NCBI GenBank assembly: GCA_001897675.1
Contig: MKUE01000105.1
Location: 2,567 to 66,566, forward strand
DNA: 64,000 nt
Direction of reading: 5' to 3'
From: Thiobacillus sp. 65-1059
GTDB lineage: Bacteria > Pseudomonadota > Gammaproteobacteria > Burkholderiales > Thiobacillaceae
Shown here: positions 18,108 through 29,388 of the stretch, in pieces
How positions within the stretch are numbered: position 1 is the first letter of the stretch
How the letters are laid out: every line of letters starts with the position of its first letter
Notes under the pieces: generated by a model
The model's database searches: none
The model's input: only the letters and a program-made list of their open reading frames with translations
Told to the model about the DNA's origin: nothing
Program-made: the position numbers and the translations under genes

Positions 18108-19358
18108 GTGAACTTCAAACAATCCCTCGCCCTGCTGGCGCTGCTGGGACCGCTGGGCGCCGGCGCCAACCAGGTCGAACGCAAGCAATCCGAGCTCGAC
18201 GCGCTCAAGCAACGTCTGCACACCCTGCAGACGGAGTTTCGCAACACGCAGGCGCACCGCCAGGAAGCAGCCGACGAACTGCGCCAGTCCGAACGCGCCA
18301 TCAGCAGCGCGGTGCGTCAGTTGCGCGAACTGGACAGCGAGCGCCAGCGCACCGATAGCGATCTGCAGACGCTGACGCAGCAGGCCGAAGCCGTTGCGGC
18401 GCGCATTCGCCAGCAACAGGCCGGCCTGGGCCGGGCGCTCAAGGCCGCCTACCAGCGCGGACAGGGTGATGCGCTCAAACTCATGCTCAACGGCACGGAC
18501 CCCAACCAGACCGCGCGCGACCTGCGCTATCTGACGCATCTGTCGCGTGCCCAGCATGCCCAGATCGAAACGCTGCGCGCCGATCTCGCACAACTGGCGG
18601 CGCTGCAACAGCAGACCGCGCAAAAAACGACCGAGTTGACGCAGTTGCAGGCGGCGCGCGAGGCCGAGCAAAGGAAGCTGCTGGCCGACAGGCGCGCCCG
18701 CGAGGCGGTGCTGCAGAACCTGTCGGCTCAAATCCGGCAGCAGCGGCGTGAAATTTCCAACCTGAAACGCGACGAGCGCAGCCTGACCCAATTGGTGGAG
18801 CGTCTCGGCCGCCTGATGGCGCAGCAGGCGGCGCGCGAGGCGGCGCGCGCCCGTGCTGCGCAGCAGGCGCAGAAATCCCCGAAGGCCGAGACGGAGACGG
18901 TCGGCCAGCCGCGCCGCGCAGTGGCCGTGAATGCCGAAACGCCGGTGGCGTTTCGCTCGGAACGGCCTTTCTCCGGGCTGAAAGGCTTGCTGCGCCTGCC
19001 GGTTGCGGGGGAACTCATGAACCGCTTCGGGGCTCCGAGGGAGGAGGGCGGAGTGAGCTGGAAAGGCCTGTTCATCCGTGCCGCGCAAGGGTCGGCAGTA
19101 AAGGCGATCGCTGCCGGACAGGTGGTGTTTGCCGAGTGGCTGCGCGGCTTCGGCAACCTCATTATTGTCGACCATGGCGAGGGCTATATGAGCCTGTACA
19201 GCAATAATGAAAGTCTGTATAAGCAGGTTGGCGAACGGGTTCAGCCCGGCGACGCGATCGCCGCGGTCGGCAATAGCGGCGGCCAGCCCGACCCCGGCCT
19301 GTATTTCGAAATGCGGCATCAAAGCCGCCCTGTTAATCCCCTTCTATGGGTGAAGTGA
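18108..19358 (+). CDS. envC: Murein hydrolase activator EnvC-like (coiled coil + LytM/M23 domain)
   Basis: 416 aa with a GTG start, a signal peptide, a long Q/A/R-rich coiled coil and a C-terminal M23 domain (GNLIIVDHGEGYMSLY...LYFEMRH). The gpmI-envC-ctp order is conserved. Confidence 0.88.
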   Translation: MNFKQSLALLALLGPLGAGANQVERKQSELDALKQRLHTLQTEFRNTQAHRQEAADELRQSERAISSAVRQLRELDSERQRTDSDLQTLTQQAEAVAARIRQQQAGLGRALKAAYQRGQGDALKLMLNGTDPNQTARDLRYLTHLSRAQHAQIETLRADLAQLAALQQQTAQKTTELTQLQAAREAEQRKLLADRRAREAVLQNLSAQIRQQRREISNLKRDERSLTQLVERLGRLMAQQAAREAARARAAQQAQKSPKAETETVGQPRRAVAVNAETPVAFRSERPFSGLKGLLRLPVAGELMNRFGAPREEGGVSWKGLFIRAAQGSAVKAIAAGQVVFAEWLRGFGNLIIVDHGEGYMSLYSNNESLYKQVGERVQPGDAIAAVGNSGGQPDPGLYFEMRHQSRPVNPLLWVK

Positions 19359-19359
19359 G

Positions 19360-20766
19360 ATGACGCACAAGGCAAAATTCGTACTCGTCGGCCTGGTCGG
19401 CGTACTGGCGGGGGCGGCGCTGACGGTGAACCTGTCGGCGATCGCCAACAAGGACGCGGAGACGGCGCTGCCGGTCGAGGAGTTGCGTGCCTTTACCGAT
19501 GTGTTCGCCCGCATCAAGAGCGATTACGTCGAGCCGGTGGAAGACAAGAAGCTGATCACCGAGGCGATCAACGGCATGCTGACCGGACTGGATCCGCATT
19601 CCGCGTATCTGGACGCCGAAGGCTTCAAGGATCTGCAGGTGGGCACGCAGGGCGAATTCGGTGGCCTGGGCATCGAAGTCGGCATGGAAGACGGCTTCGT
19701 CAAGGTCGTTTCGCCGATCGAGGACACGCCGGCCTTCAAGGCCGGGGTCAAGCCCGGCGATCTGATCATCAAGCTCGACGATACCCCGGTGAAGGGCATG
19801 ACCCTGAACGATGCGGTCAAGCGCATGCGCGGCAAGCCGGGGGCGACCATCAGGCTCACCATCGCGCGCAAGGGCGTCGACAAGCCCATCGTGCTGACGC
19901 TGACGCGCGCGATCATCAAGATTCGCAGCGTCAAATCCAAGCTGCTGGAAAACGGCTACGGCTATGTGCGCGTGACGCAGTTCCAGGAGCACACTGGCGA
20001 GTTGCTGGCCGAGTCCCTGAGCAAGCTGTACAAGGACAACAAGGCGCCGCTCAAGGGACTGATCCTCGATCTGCGCAACGACCCGGGCGGTTTGCTCAAT
20101 GGCGCGGTGGCGGTGACGGCGGCTTTCGTCAAGCCCGACAGCCTGGTGGTGTATACCGAGGGCCGTACCGACGACGCCAAGATGCGGTTGACCGCCAGCC
20201 GTGAAAACTATCTGCGCCCGATGCAGATCGATTATCTGAAAAACCTGCCGGATGGCGTGAAACAGGTGCCGATGGTGGTGCTGGTGAACAGCGGATCGGC
20301 CTCGGCATCCGAAATCGTGGCGGGCGCCCTGCAGGATCACAAGCGCGCCGTCGTCATGGGCACCCGCACCTTCGGCAAGGGCTCGGTGCAGACCATCCTG
20401 CCGATCGGCAATGGCACCGCGATCAAGCTCACCACCGCGCGCTACTTCACGCCGAACGGGCGCTCCATCCAGGCCAAGGGCATCGAGCCGGATATCGTGG
20501 TGGAAGATCCGGCGATGCCATCGGCGGATGAGGGACTGGAAATTCGCGAGGCCGATCTCGACAAGCACCTGAGCAATCCGAACGGCGGGGAGTCGGCCCC
20601 AGCGAGCAAGCCGGCCGACAGCATCAAGGCGCCGCCGGCCGAGCAGCCGGGCAAGGACAAAAAACCGCTGACGCTGGAGCCGGGCGAGATCGTGTCGAAG
20701 AACGATTTCCAGGTGAATCAGGCGCTCAATCTGCTGAAAGGCCTGCAGATCCTGCAGGGACGCTGA
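19360..20766 (+). CDS. ctpA: Carboxy-terminal processing protease, S41 family
   Basis: 468 aa with a PDZ domain (GGLGIEV...GDLIIKLD) and an S41 catalytic region (NSGSASASEIVAGALQD...GTRTFGKGSVQ). Confidence 0.93.
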   Translation: MTHKAKFVLVGLVGVLAGAALTVNLSAIANKDAETALPVEELRAFTDVFARIKSDYVEPVEDKKLITEAINGMLTGLDPHSAYLDAEGFKDLQVGTQGEFGGLGIEVGMEDGFVKVVSPIEDTPAFKAGVKPGDLIIKLDDTPVKGMTLNDAVKRMRGKPGATIRLTIARKGVDKPIVLTLTRAIIKIRSVKSKLLENGYGYVRVTQFQEHTGELLAESLSKLYKDNKAPLKGLILDLRNDPGGLLNGAVAVTAAFVKPDSLVVYTEGRTDDAKMRLTASRENYLRPMQIDYLKNLPDGVKQVPMVVLVNSGSASASEIVAGALQDHKRAVVMGTRTFGKGSVQTILPIGNGTAIKLTTARYFTPNGRSIQAKGIEPDIVVEDPAMPSADEGLEIREADLDKHLSNPNGGESAPASKPADSIKAPPAEQPGKDKKPLTLEPGEIVSKNDFQVNQALNLLKGLQILQGR

Positions 20767-20850
20767 GCCAAAACGCGCTGCAGCTGCCGGGGCGGCGGCA
20801 GCGCGGGCGACGCGGTATATACTGTGCCTATCTAGCCTGTCGGGGGTGCC

Positions 20851-21246
20851 ATGCGTCCGTGTGACCTCGAGAAAAACCGCGAAATCGTCTTCCACCCCGT
20901 GCCCGCGGGCCAGGTGGAACGCGCCCTGTCCTTGCTGGAAGGCCTGGAAGGCTTGCAGGCGACGGCGGGGGCGGGGGGCGACCGCCTGCTGGTGAGCTAC
21001 CACATCTGCGAATACACCTTGGAAGGGCTCGAAACCGCCCTGGCGAGCCAGGGGTTCCATCTCGACAACAGCCTGCTCAGCAAGCTCAAGCGCGCGCTGG
21101 CCTACTTTTGCGAGGGCGTGCAGCGGCGCAATGTCGCGGCCAACGAACCGGACATCAAATCGCAGCAGGCTTTCATGAAAGTCTACGAACGCCATCTGCA
21201 TGGCGATTGCGACGCGACGCCCGAGGAATGGCGCGGCTATAAATAG
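20851..21246 (+). CDS. Hypothetical 131-aa cytoplasmic protein (Cys/His-containing)
   Basis: The codon usage looks like its neighbours, and it ends 14 nt before moeB on the same strand. I could assign no family from memory. It has a beta-alpha-beta-like N-terminal half. Confidence 0.55.
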   Translation: MRPCDLEKNREIVFHPVPAGQVERALSLLEGLEGLQATAGAGGDRLLVSYHICEYTLEGLETALASQGFHLDNSLLSKLKRALAYFCEGVQRRNVAANEPDIKSQQAFMKVYERHLHGDCDATPEEWRGYK

Positions 21247-21260
21247 CCGCGTCGCCGTGC

Positions 21261-22031
21261 ATGGACCTGAACGACGATCAACTGCTGCGCTACAGCCGGC
21301 ATATTCTGTTGCCGCAAGTCGGCGTGGCCGGACAGGCGCGCATCTCCGAAGCCTCGGTGCTGATCGTCGGTGCCGGGGGGCTGGGGTGCCCGGTGGCGCT
21401 CTATCTGGGCGCAGCCGGCGTCGGCCGGTTGCTGCTGGCCGACGGCGACAGCGTCGATCTCACCAACCTGCAGCGTCAGATCGGCCACGCCAGCGCAGCG
21501 ATCGGGCAGAACAAGGCCGATTCGCTCGCGCGCAGCGTGCTGGCCATCAACCCCGAAATCGACGTGCAGCCGATTCGTCAAACGCTCGTCGGCAATGCCC
21601 TGCACGAGGCGGTGGCGGCGGTGGATCTGGTGGTCGACGCATCGGACAACTTCGCTACCCGGCATGCCGTCAACCGTGCCTGTGTGCTGCTCGGCAAGCC
21701 GTTGGTGTCGGGCGCCGCGATCGGGTTTTCGGGACAGCTGGCCGTCTTCGACCCGCGCCGCGCCGGCAGCCCCTGTTATCACTGCCTGTTTCCCGATCAC
21801 GCGGATGAGCCCGAATTACGCTGTGCTGAGGCGGGGGTGTTTGCGCCGCTGGTTGGTGTGATCGGGGCGATGCAAGCGCTGGAGGCGCTGAAATATCTGG
21901 CCCAGGTGGGCGAGCTGCTGGTGGGCAGACTGTTGTTGTGGGACGGCCTGCGCGCCGACGCCCGCGTGATGAAGGTGCCGCGCGACCCGGCCTGCCTGGT
22001 GTGCGGCCAGGCAGCCGTTCAGGCAGAGTGA
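21261..22031 (+). CDS. moeB: Molybdopterin-synthase adenylyltransferase, MoeB/ThiF/HesA family
   Basis: 256 aa. YSRHILLPQVG..., nucleotide loop VGAGGLGCP, and CxxC pairs (CYHC, CLVC). Confidence 0.88.
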   Translation: MDLNDDQLLRYSRHILLPQVGVAGQARISEASVLIVGAGGLGCPVALYLGAAGVGRLLLADGDSVDLTNLQRQIGHASAAIGQNKADSLARSVLAINPEIDVQPIRQTLVGNALHEAVAAVDLVVDASDNFATRHAVNRACVLLGKPLVSGAAIGFSGQLAVFDPRRAGSPCYHCLFPDHADEPELRCAEAGVFAPLVGVIGAMQALEALKYLAQVGELLVGRLLLWDGLRADARVMKVPRDPACLVCGQAAVQAE

Positions 22032-22603
22032 GCGTCGAGCAGGCGCGACAGCAGTAGATCGATGTCGCCGCCCGGCGCGCGGGTAAACCCGCTCTTGGCA
22101 AACTGGTGCCAGCGTCCCACCACCACGCATTGCAGCAGATTGGCCAGCGGCGCGCTGCGTTCGGCCAGTTCGTCGCCGGCCAGCCGCAGGCATTGCCGCA
22201 ACTGGGCTTCGATGCGGTCATGCAGTTGATTGATGCGTTTTTGCAGGCGCTCGTTTTCATGCACCAGTGCGTCGCCGATCAGCACCCGCGTCATGCCGGG
22301 ATTCTTCGCCGCAAAATTCAGCAGCATGCCGAGGATGGCCTTGACCTGCGCTGCCGGCGAGGGGATGTCGGCCGTGATGCGCGCGATCAGCCCGAACAGC
22401 GTCTGTTCGATGAACTCGATCAAGCCCTCATACATCTGCGCCTTGCTGGAAAAATGGCGGTATAGCGCCGCTTCCGACACGCCGACGCGTGCGGCGAGAG
22501 CGGCCGTGGTGATTTTCTCGGGCTGCGGTTCCTGCAGCATCGCGGCCAGCGTCTGCAGAATCTGCACGCGGCGCTCGCCGGGTTTTCTGACTTCCCCTTC
22601 CAT
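22019..22603 (-). CDS. slmA: Nucleoid occlusion factor SlmA (TetR family)
   Basis: Trimmed to ATG 22603 (GGGGAG SD 6 nt upstream). 194 aa: RRVQILQTLAAMLQEP..EKITTAALAARVGVSEAALYRHFSSKAQMYEGLIEFIE. The 3' end overlaps moeB convergently by 13 nt. Confidence 0.85.
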   Translation of the reverse strand: MEGEVRKPGERRVQILQTLAAMLQEPQPEKITTAALAARVGVSEAALYRHFSSKAQMYEGLIEFIEQTLFGLIARITADIPSPAAQVKAILGMLLNFAAKNPGMTRVLIGDALVHENERLQKRINQLHDRIEAQLRQCLRLAGDELAERSAPLANLLQCVVVGRWHQFAKSGFTRAPGGDIDLLLSRLLDAHSA

Positions 22604-22936
22604 CAGGCACTCCCCTGTTTTTATTCGGGGATGATTATCGCCGATGTCGGGTTGAATGGCGCCTGTGCTCCCTTTGGCGCTATCTGCCAAGCCGCGTAAG
22701 CACTGCCAGTTTCCATCAAGCGAACAGTACTCCGAATATCCCCCGTGGCTGATGGGCTTGGAGTTGTTGTGTCGCCGGATTCTGCCGGTCTTGCTCACGG
22801 CAAACCTGCGAGACGGCTCCTGAAACGGAAGGAGTGTTCAACCCGCAGCGGCGAGGATGACGGCCACGCAGGCCCCTTTACTCAATGCCAGGTTTCCGGA
22901 CGGAACCGCCCGGAAACTGTTTATGCCCTGGGCGAT

Positions 22937-23437
22937 TCAGGGCTTGGCTTCGGCAGTCGGTGCACTTGCTGCAGCTGTGGAAATCATCCCGGCAGTTGCC
23001 TGTGGCTGGGCCTTGTCCGGCGACGGCGCGTCAACCGTGACGTTGCCCCCCATCAACACAGTGATCATGGTTGGGTAGTCATATGCCGCGCCACTGGCAA
23101 TATCGACCCCGGCACCAATCACACCGCCAAAGAGAATGTTACCGAATGCCATGCCCTTGGTAGATGATTTAACACTTGCCAGACCGGGCGCCTGATCCCC
23201 TTTCTCGCAATTGATCAGGAGGTCTTCGTAGCTGCGACTTACGACCACGGAACCAGGGCTGGTCACATACCAACTGCCCTTGTTGTTGGAGAGTTTGCAA
23301 TTGGCACTCGCGACAGGCACCCCTTCTTTGCTACGGGTCTCTACCGTGAGGCTCTGGTTGGTGCCAGAGACAATCGATGCACAGCCCGGGCCAAGCATGG
23401 CTGCCGATATCAAAACGACTAAATTGGTCTTGTTCAA
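22937..23437 (-). CDS. Putative lipoprotein in a low-GC islet (Gly-zipper-like GNILFGGVIGAGVD motif)
   Basis: TTG start at 23437 with a GGGGAG SD 5 nt upstream. Signal NKTNLVVLISAAMLGPG-C followed by a Ser/Thr-rich beta region. Local GC is about 50-55% by hand count. Confidence 0.65.
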   Translation of the reverse strand: MNKTNLVVLISAAMLGPGCASIVSGTNQSLTVETRSKEGVPVASANCKLSNNKGSWYVTSPGSVVVSRSYEDLLINCEKGDQAPGLASVKSSTKGMAFGNILFGGVIGAGVDIASGAAYDYPTMITVLMGGNVTVDAPSPDKAQPQATAGMISTAAASAPTAEAKP

Positions 23438-23654
23438 GTTATCTCCCCTCTGTGATTTTTGTGATGTGCCGGATTCCCGGTCACCAACGGATAGTACATA
23501 AGAACCGGGCGGAAGCAATGAGTCCTTTGCTAGGGAGGCCTGAATAACTGCTTTAAGCCCCGCTACACGTAGGTGCGCACAGGGGAAAAAACCGGGTTAA
23601 GGTTTTAAGGGGGATCGAGGCTGGTTTGCATATGGGCGAGAACGGACAAGTAGG

Positions 23655-23684
23655 CAAACAAAAAGCCCGGTTTTATGCGGGCTT
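23655..23684 (-). terminator. Rho-independent terminator downstream of the tRNA
   Basis: Minus strand: AAGCCCG-CATAAAAC-CGGGCTT followed by TTTGTTTG. Confidence 0.6.
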
Positions 23685-23717
23685 ATGGATGTGGCTGGAT
23701 GCTGTTGGATGTTGTGA

Positions 23718-23794
<77 letters not shown>

Positions 23795-23828
23795 GAAAAC
23801 GTAAAGCCCCGCGTGGGCGGGGCAGGGT

Positions 23829-25745
<1,917 letters not shown>

Positions 25746-25858
25746 AGGCTTGTCTCCGCTCAGGTTCTGCCCGCGCAAAACACGCGCGCAGAAAAAATCG
25801 TTTAAAAAACCGGCAATTATACCGTAAGCCGGGGCTTTGTCTTGGCGTTTCTGACAAG

Positions 25859-27553
25859 CTAGGATCGTGCCAGTTCGGCCAGTTCCTGCCGCTCGCTGGC
25901 ACTCAAACTGCCCAACGGCCGCGCGGCAAGTTCCTGCCAGCGGCGGCGCTGCCAGTCATCGCGCAGTTGTTTGACTGCGCCGTCGAACTCTGCGTTCCAG
26001 TCCCAGCTATCGTCTTTGTCAAGCAGATCCGTCAGCAGTTCGTCGACGAGAGCTTCCAGCGCGCTGCCCTTGGCGGTTTCGCAGAGCGTCTGCGGTTTGA
26101 GCGGGCCAAGCTCGTGGAGCCAGGCCATCAATTCGCCCATGCGGCTGCTTAGCGGATCGTTCGCGTCCAGCCAGCAGGGGTCGACTTCGGCCGCACGCTG
26201 CGGGTTCATCAGCAGCGTGCGAGCCAGACTGCGTATGCGCGAGGGTGCCGGACGGCGTTGCGGGCGCGGGGGGATGCGCAGGGGCGCGGGCCTGATCCCC
26301 ATGAGGCCGAGCTCGTCGGCCTGCAAATGCGCCAGATCGGCGATTTGTCGACGAATCAGGCTGGCCAGCAGCGGCGCGGCAATTTTTTCCAGCAGCGGTT
26401 TCGCATCCTTGATCAGCGCGGCGCGGCCTTCCTGGCTATCGAGCTTGCGGTCGCGCGCCAGTTCGCGAACCAGAAACGCCGAGAGCGGCACGGCGTCGGT
26501 GTCCAGCAAGTGCAAAAAGGCGGCCTGGCCGCGGGCGCGGATATAGCTGTCGGGGTCCTCGCCTTCGGGCAGGAACAGGAAGCTGACTTCCTTGCCGTCT
26601 TGCAGTGCCTCCAGCGAGTTTTCCAGTGCGCGCCAGGCGGCCTTGCGCCCGGCCTTGTCGCCATCAAAGGCATAGATCAGGCGATCGGTGTGGCGCAGCA
26701 GGGTGCGCACATGAATCGGCGTGGTGGCGGTGCCCAGCGCGGCCACGGCAAACTCCACGCCGTGCTGGGCCAGTGCGACGACGTCCATGTAGCCTTCGAC
26801 CACGATGGCGCGGCCGGCAGTCTTGATCGCGGCGCGCGCTTCGAACAGGCCGTAAAGCTCCGAGCCTTTGTGGAATAGCGGGGTTTCCGGCGAATTGAGG
26901 TATTTCGGCTCCCCCTGGCCGAGTACCCGGCCGCCGAAGCCGACTATCCGGCCCTTGGCGTTCTTGATGGGGAACATGATGCGGTCGCGGAAGCGGTCGT
27001 AGCGTCGATTGTCGCCATCGACGACCAAACCGGAAGCGGCGAGGGCGTCCGCCGTGTAATCGGCGAAAACCTGCTTCAGCGGCGACCATGCATCCGGTGC
27101 GTAGCCGATGCCGTAGCGGGCGGCGATGGCGCCGGTCAGTCCGCGCTGTTTCAAGTAGTCGATGGCATGCGGCGCCTGCTTCAGCTGCCTTTTATAGAAC
27201 TGCGCGGCCTGCTCCAGTGCGTCCCACAGCGCCGGCGGCGGCTTGGGCCGGTCGGGTTCGCCGGATTCGGGCACCGGCAGGCCCACGTCCTGGGCCAGCG
27301 CCCCGACTGCGTCGGGAAAGCTCATGTGCTCGTATTCCATCAGGAAACCGAGCGCGGTGCCGTGTGCGCCGCAGCCGAAGCAGTGGTAGAACTGTTTGGT
27401 CGGGCTGACCGTGAAGGAAGGGGTTTTTTCGCTGTGAAAGGGACAGCAGGCCTGGTAGTTCTGCCCGGCCTTTTTCAGCGGCACGCGCCGATCGATGACG
27501 TCGACGATGTCGACGCGGGCAAGCAGGGTGTCGATGAAATCGCGCGGGATCAT
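25859..27553 (-). CDS. dnaG: DNA primase
   Basis: 564 aa with a zinc-binding [15 protein letters not shown]...[10 protein letters not shown], a TOPRIM domain (IVVEGYMDV) and a C-terminal helicase-interaction region. Confidence 0.96.
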   Translation of the reverse strand: MIPRDFIDTLLARVDIVDVIDRRVPLKKAGQNYQACCPFHSEKTPSFTVSPTKQFYHCFGCGAHGTALGFLMEYEHMSFPDAVGALAQDVGLPVPESGEPDRPKPPPALWDALEQAAQFYKRQLKQAPHAIDYLKQRGLTGAIAARYGIGYAPDAWSPLKQVFADYTADALAASGLVVDGDNRRYDRFRDRIMFPIKNAKGRIVGFGGRVLGQGEPKYLNSPETPLFHKGSELYGLFEARAAIKTAGRAIVVEGYMDVVALAQHGVEFAVAALGTATTPIHVRTLLRHTDRLIYAFDGDKAGRKAAWRALENSLEALQDGKEVSFLFLPEGEDPDSYIRARGQAAFLHLLDTDAVPLSAFLVRELARDRKLDSQEGRAALIKDAKPLLEKIAAPLLASLIRRQIADLAHLQADELGLMGIRPAPLRIPPRPQRRPAPSRIRSLARTLLMNPQRAAEVDPCWLDANDPLSSRMGELMAWLHELGPLKPQTLCETAKGSALEALVDELLTDLLDKDDSWDWNAEFDGAVKQLRDDWQRRRWQELAARPLGSLSASERQELAELARS

Positions 27554-27593
27554 GGTTGCTGCATGATAAACCCGGGCGGGCGCCGGGTGGCGC

Positions 27594-28040
27594 TCAGCCC
27601 GCGAGGCGGGTTTTGATCAGCGCGGAAACCTGGCCCATGTCGGCACGGCCGGCGAGGCGGGGCTTCAACAGTCCCATGACCTTGCCCATATCACGGGCAG
27701 AGGCCGCACCGGATTCGGCAATGGCCGCCACGACCTCGGCCTCGACCTCTGCGACCGAGAGCTGCTCGGGCAGGTAGTCTTGCAAGACAACGAGTTCGGC
27801 CTGCTCCGCCGCCACCAGGTCATCCCTGCCGGCAGCCTGAAACTGGCTGATCGAATCCTTGCGCTGCTTGATGAGTTTTTCGACGATGCTGCTGACCGCC
27901 GCATCGTCCAGTTCGACGCGTTCGTCAACTTCCTTCTGCTTGATCGCAGCGAGCAGCAGGCGAATCGTACCGAGGCGCGCCGCTTCCTTGGCGCGCATGG
28001 CTGCTTTCATGTCGTCAGTAATGCGTGCCTTGAGCGACAT
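27594..28040 (-). CDS. GatB/YqeY domain-containing protein
   Basis: Trimmed to ATG 28040. MSLKARITDDMKAAMRAKEAARLGTIRLLLAAIKQKEVDERV... is the typical YqeY N-terminus, and it occupies the usual slot between rpsU and dnaG. Confidence 0.88.
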   Translation of the reverse strand: MSLKARITDDMKAAMRAKEAARLGTIRLLLAAIKQKEVDERVELDDAAVSSIVEKLIKQRKDSISQFQAAGRDDLVAAEQAELVVLQDYLPEQLSVAEVEAEVVAAIAESGAASARDMGKVMGLLKPRLAGRADMGQVSALIKTRLAG

Positions 28041-28069
28041 GGAGGACGTGATTCTGCGTGAATGCAGAG

Positions 28070-28282
28070 TCAATACATCTTGGGAGGGAGTTGCTGGCTG
28101 CGCAGGCGCTTGCTCTGGCGCTTGACGGCAGCGGCGAGTTTGCGCTTGCGCTCGGCGGTGGGCTTCTCGTAGAACTCGCGGGCGCGCAGTTCGGTCAGAA
28201 GGCCGACTTTTTCGATGGAACGCTTGAAGCGGCGCAGGGCGACATCAAACGGCTCGTTTTCTTTGACTTTGACGTGGGGCAT
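28070..28282 (-). CDS. rpsU: 30S ribosomal protein S21
   Basis: 70 aa: [55 protein letters not shown].... The track's 178-aa ORF is an unsupported 5' extension. Confidence 0.97.
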   Translation of the reverse strand: MPHVKVKENEPFDVALRRFKRSIEKVGLLTELRAREFYEKPTAERKRKLAAAVKRQSKRLRSQQLPPKMY

Positions 28283-28379
28283 CTGAAGTTGGCTTCCGGG
28301 AAAGCTTCCTGTGAACTGGAAAAACGAGAATAATAGCAAGCCCGCGAGCTTTTTTCCAGTCCCCCGCTTTACACCTCCT

Positions 28380-29387
28380 ATGCTGGTGCTTGGTGTCGAA
28401 TCCTCCTGCGATGAAACCGGTGTCGCGCTGTATGACAGCGCGCACGGCTTGCTGGCGCATGCGCTGTATTCGCAGATCGCAATGCATAACGAATACGGCG
28501 GGGTGGTGCCTGAACTGGCGTCGCGCGACCATATCCGGCGCGTGTTGCCGCTGACCCGCCAGGTGCTGGCGGAGGGCGGCCGCACGCTGGCCGACCTCGA
28601 CGGCATTGCCTACACCCAGGGGCCCGGACTGGCGGGCGCCTTGCTGGTGGGGGCAGGGATGGCGCGCGCGCTGGCCTTCGCGCTGGATATCCCCGCGGTC
28701 GGCGTGCACCATCTGGAAGGCCACATGCTGTCGCCGCTGATTTCCGATACGCCGCCGGAATTCCCCTTCGTCGCCTTGCTGGTGTCGGGCGGGCACACGC
28801 AGTTGATGCTGGTGTCCGGCGTCGGGCGCTACACCCTGCTGGGCGAAACGCTGGACGATGCGGCTGGCGAGGCCTTCGACAAGACCGCGCAACTCCTTGG
28901 CCTGGGCTATCCGGGCGGCCCCGCGCTGTCGAGCCTGGCGGCAACCGGCGATGCCGGCCATTTCAGCCTGCCGCGGCCGATGCTCAATTCGGGCGATTTC
29001 GATTTCAGCTTTTCCGGCCTGAAGACGGCGGTGCTGACGCTGGTGCGCAAGCAGGGTCTGGAACAGGCGGCGGACATCGCGGCGGCCTTCCAGGTCGCGG
29101 CGGTGGAGGTGCTGGTGGGCAAGAGCCTGGCAGCTTGCGCGCGCAGTGGTGCGACGCGGCTGGTGGTGGCGGGAGGGGTGGGCGCCAACGCCCATTTACG
29201 CGAGCGGCTCACGCGCGAAGCGGCCGCACGCGGTGTCACCGTGTTCTACCCGCGATTGGAGTTCTGCACCGACAACGGCGCGATGATCGCCTTCGCCGGC
29301 GCGCAGCGGCTGGCACATGCGGGCAGCGGCGATCTGACGTTTGCGGTCAAGCCGCGCTGGGAACTGGCTGCGCTCGACGCGGTGTGA
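28380..29387 (+). CDS. tsaD: tRNA N6-adenosine threonylcarbamoyltransferase
   Basis: Trimmed to ATG 28380. [19 protein letters not shown]..., HHLEGH, and [10 protein letters not shown] near the C-terminus. Divergent from rpsU, as is usual. Confidence 0.95.
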   Translation: MLVLGVESSCDETGVALYDSAHGLLAHALYSQIAMHNEYGGVVPELASRDHIRRVLPLTRQVLAEGGRTLADLDGIAYTQGPGLAGALLVGAGMARALAFALDIPAVGVHHLEGHMLSPLISDTPPEFPFVALLVSGGHTQLMLVSGVGRYTLLGETLDDAAGEAFDKTAQLLGLGYPGGPALSSLAATGDAGHFSLPRPMLNSGDFDFSFSGLKTAVLTLVRKQGLEQAADIAAAFQVAAVEVLVGKSLAACARSGATRLVVAGGVGANAHLRERLTREAAARGVTVFYPRLEFCTDNGAMIAFAGAQRLAHAGSGDLTFAVKPRWELAALDAV

Positions 29388-29388
29388 A

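Noticed and set aside
22604-22936. Search for an att-like direct repeat of the tRNA 3' end, or an integrase, flanking the low-GC islet
   Set aside because: I saw only a weak, gapped resemblance by eye (GGTCTTGCTCACGG versus GGTCTGCACGG) and no recombinase gene. That is insufficient to call a mobile element.
22745-23167. Plus-strand ORFs of 140 and 73 aa in the low-GC islet
   Set aside because: They are largely antisense to the better-supported lipoprotein gene (SD plus signal peptide). They have no SD at proper spacing and Cys/Arg-rich odd composition.
28283-28606. 5' extensions of several track ORFs (for example rpsU 178 aa, rplS 198 aa, rpiA 244 aa, yacG frame 189 aa, slmA 259 aa, pilB 615 aa)
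   Set aside because: The conserved protein N-termini begin at internal ATG, GTG or TTG codons, often with an SD or stop/start overlap. The extensions run through intergenic regions or neighbouring genes.
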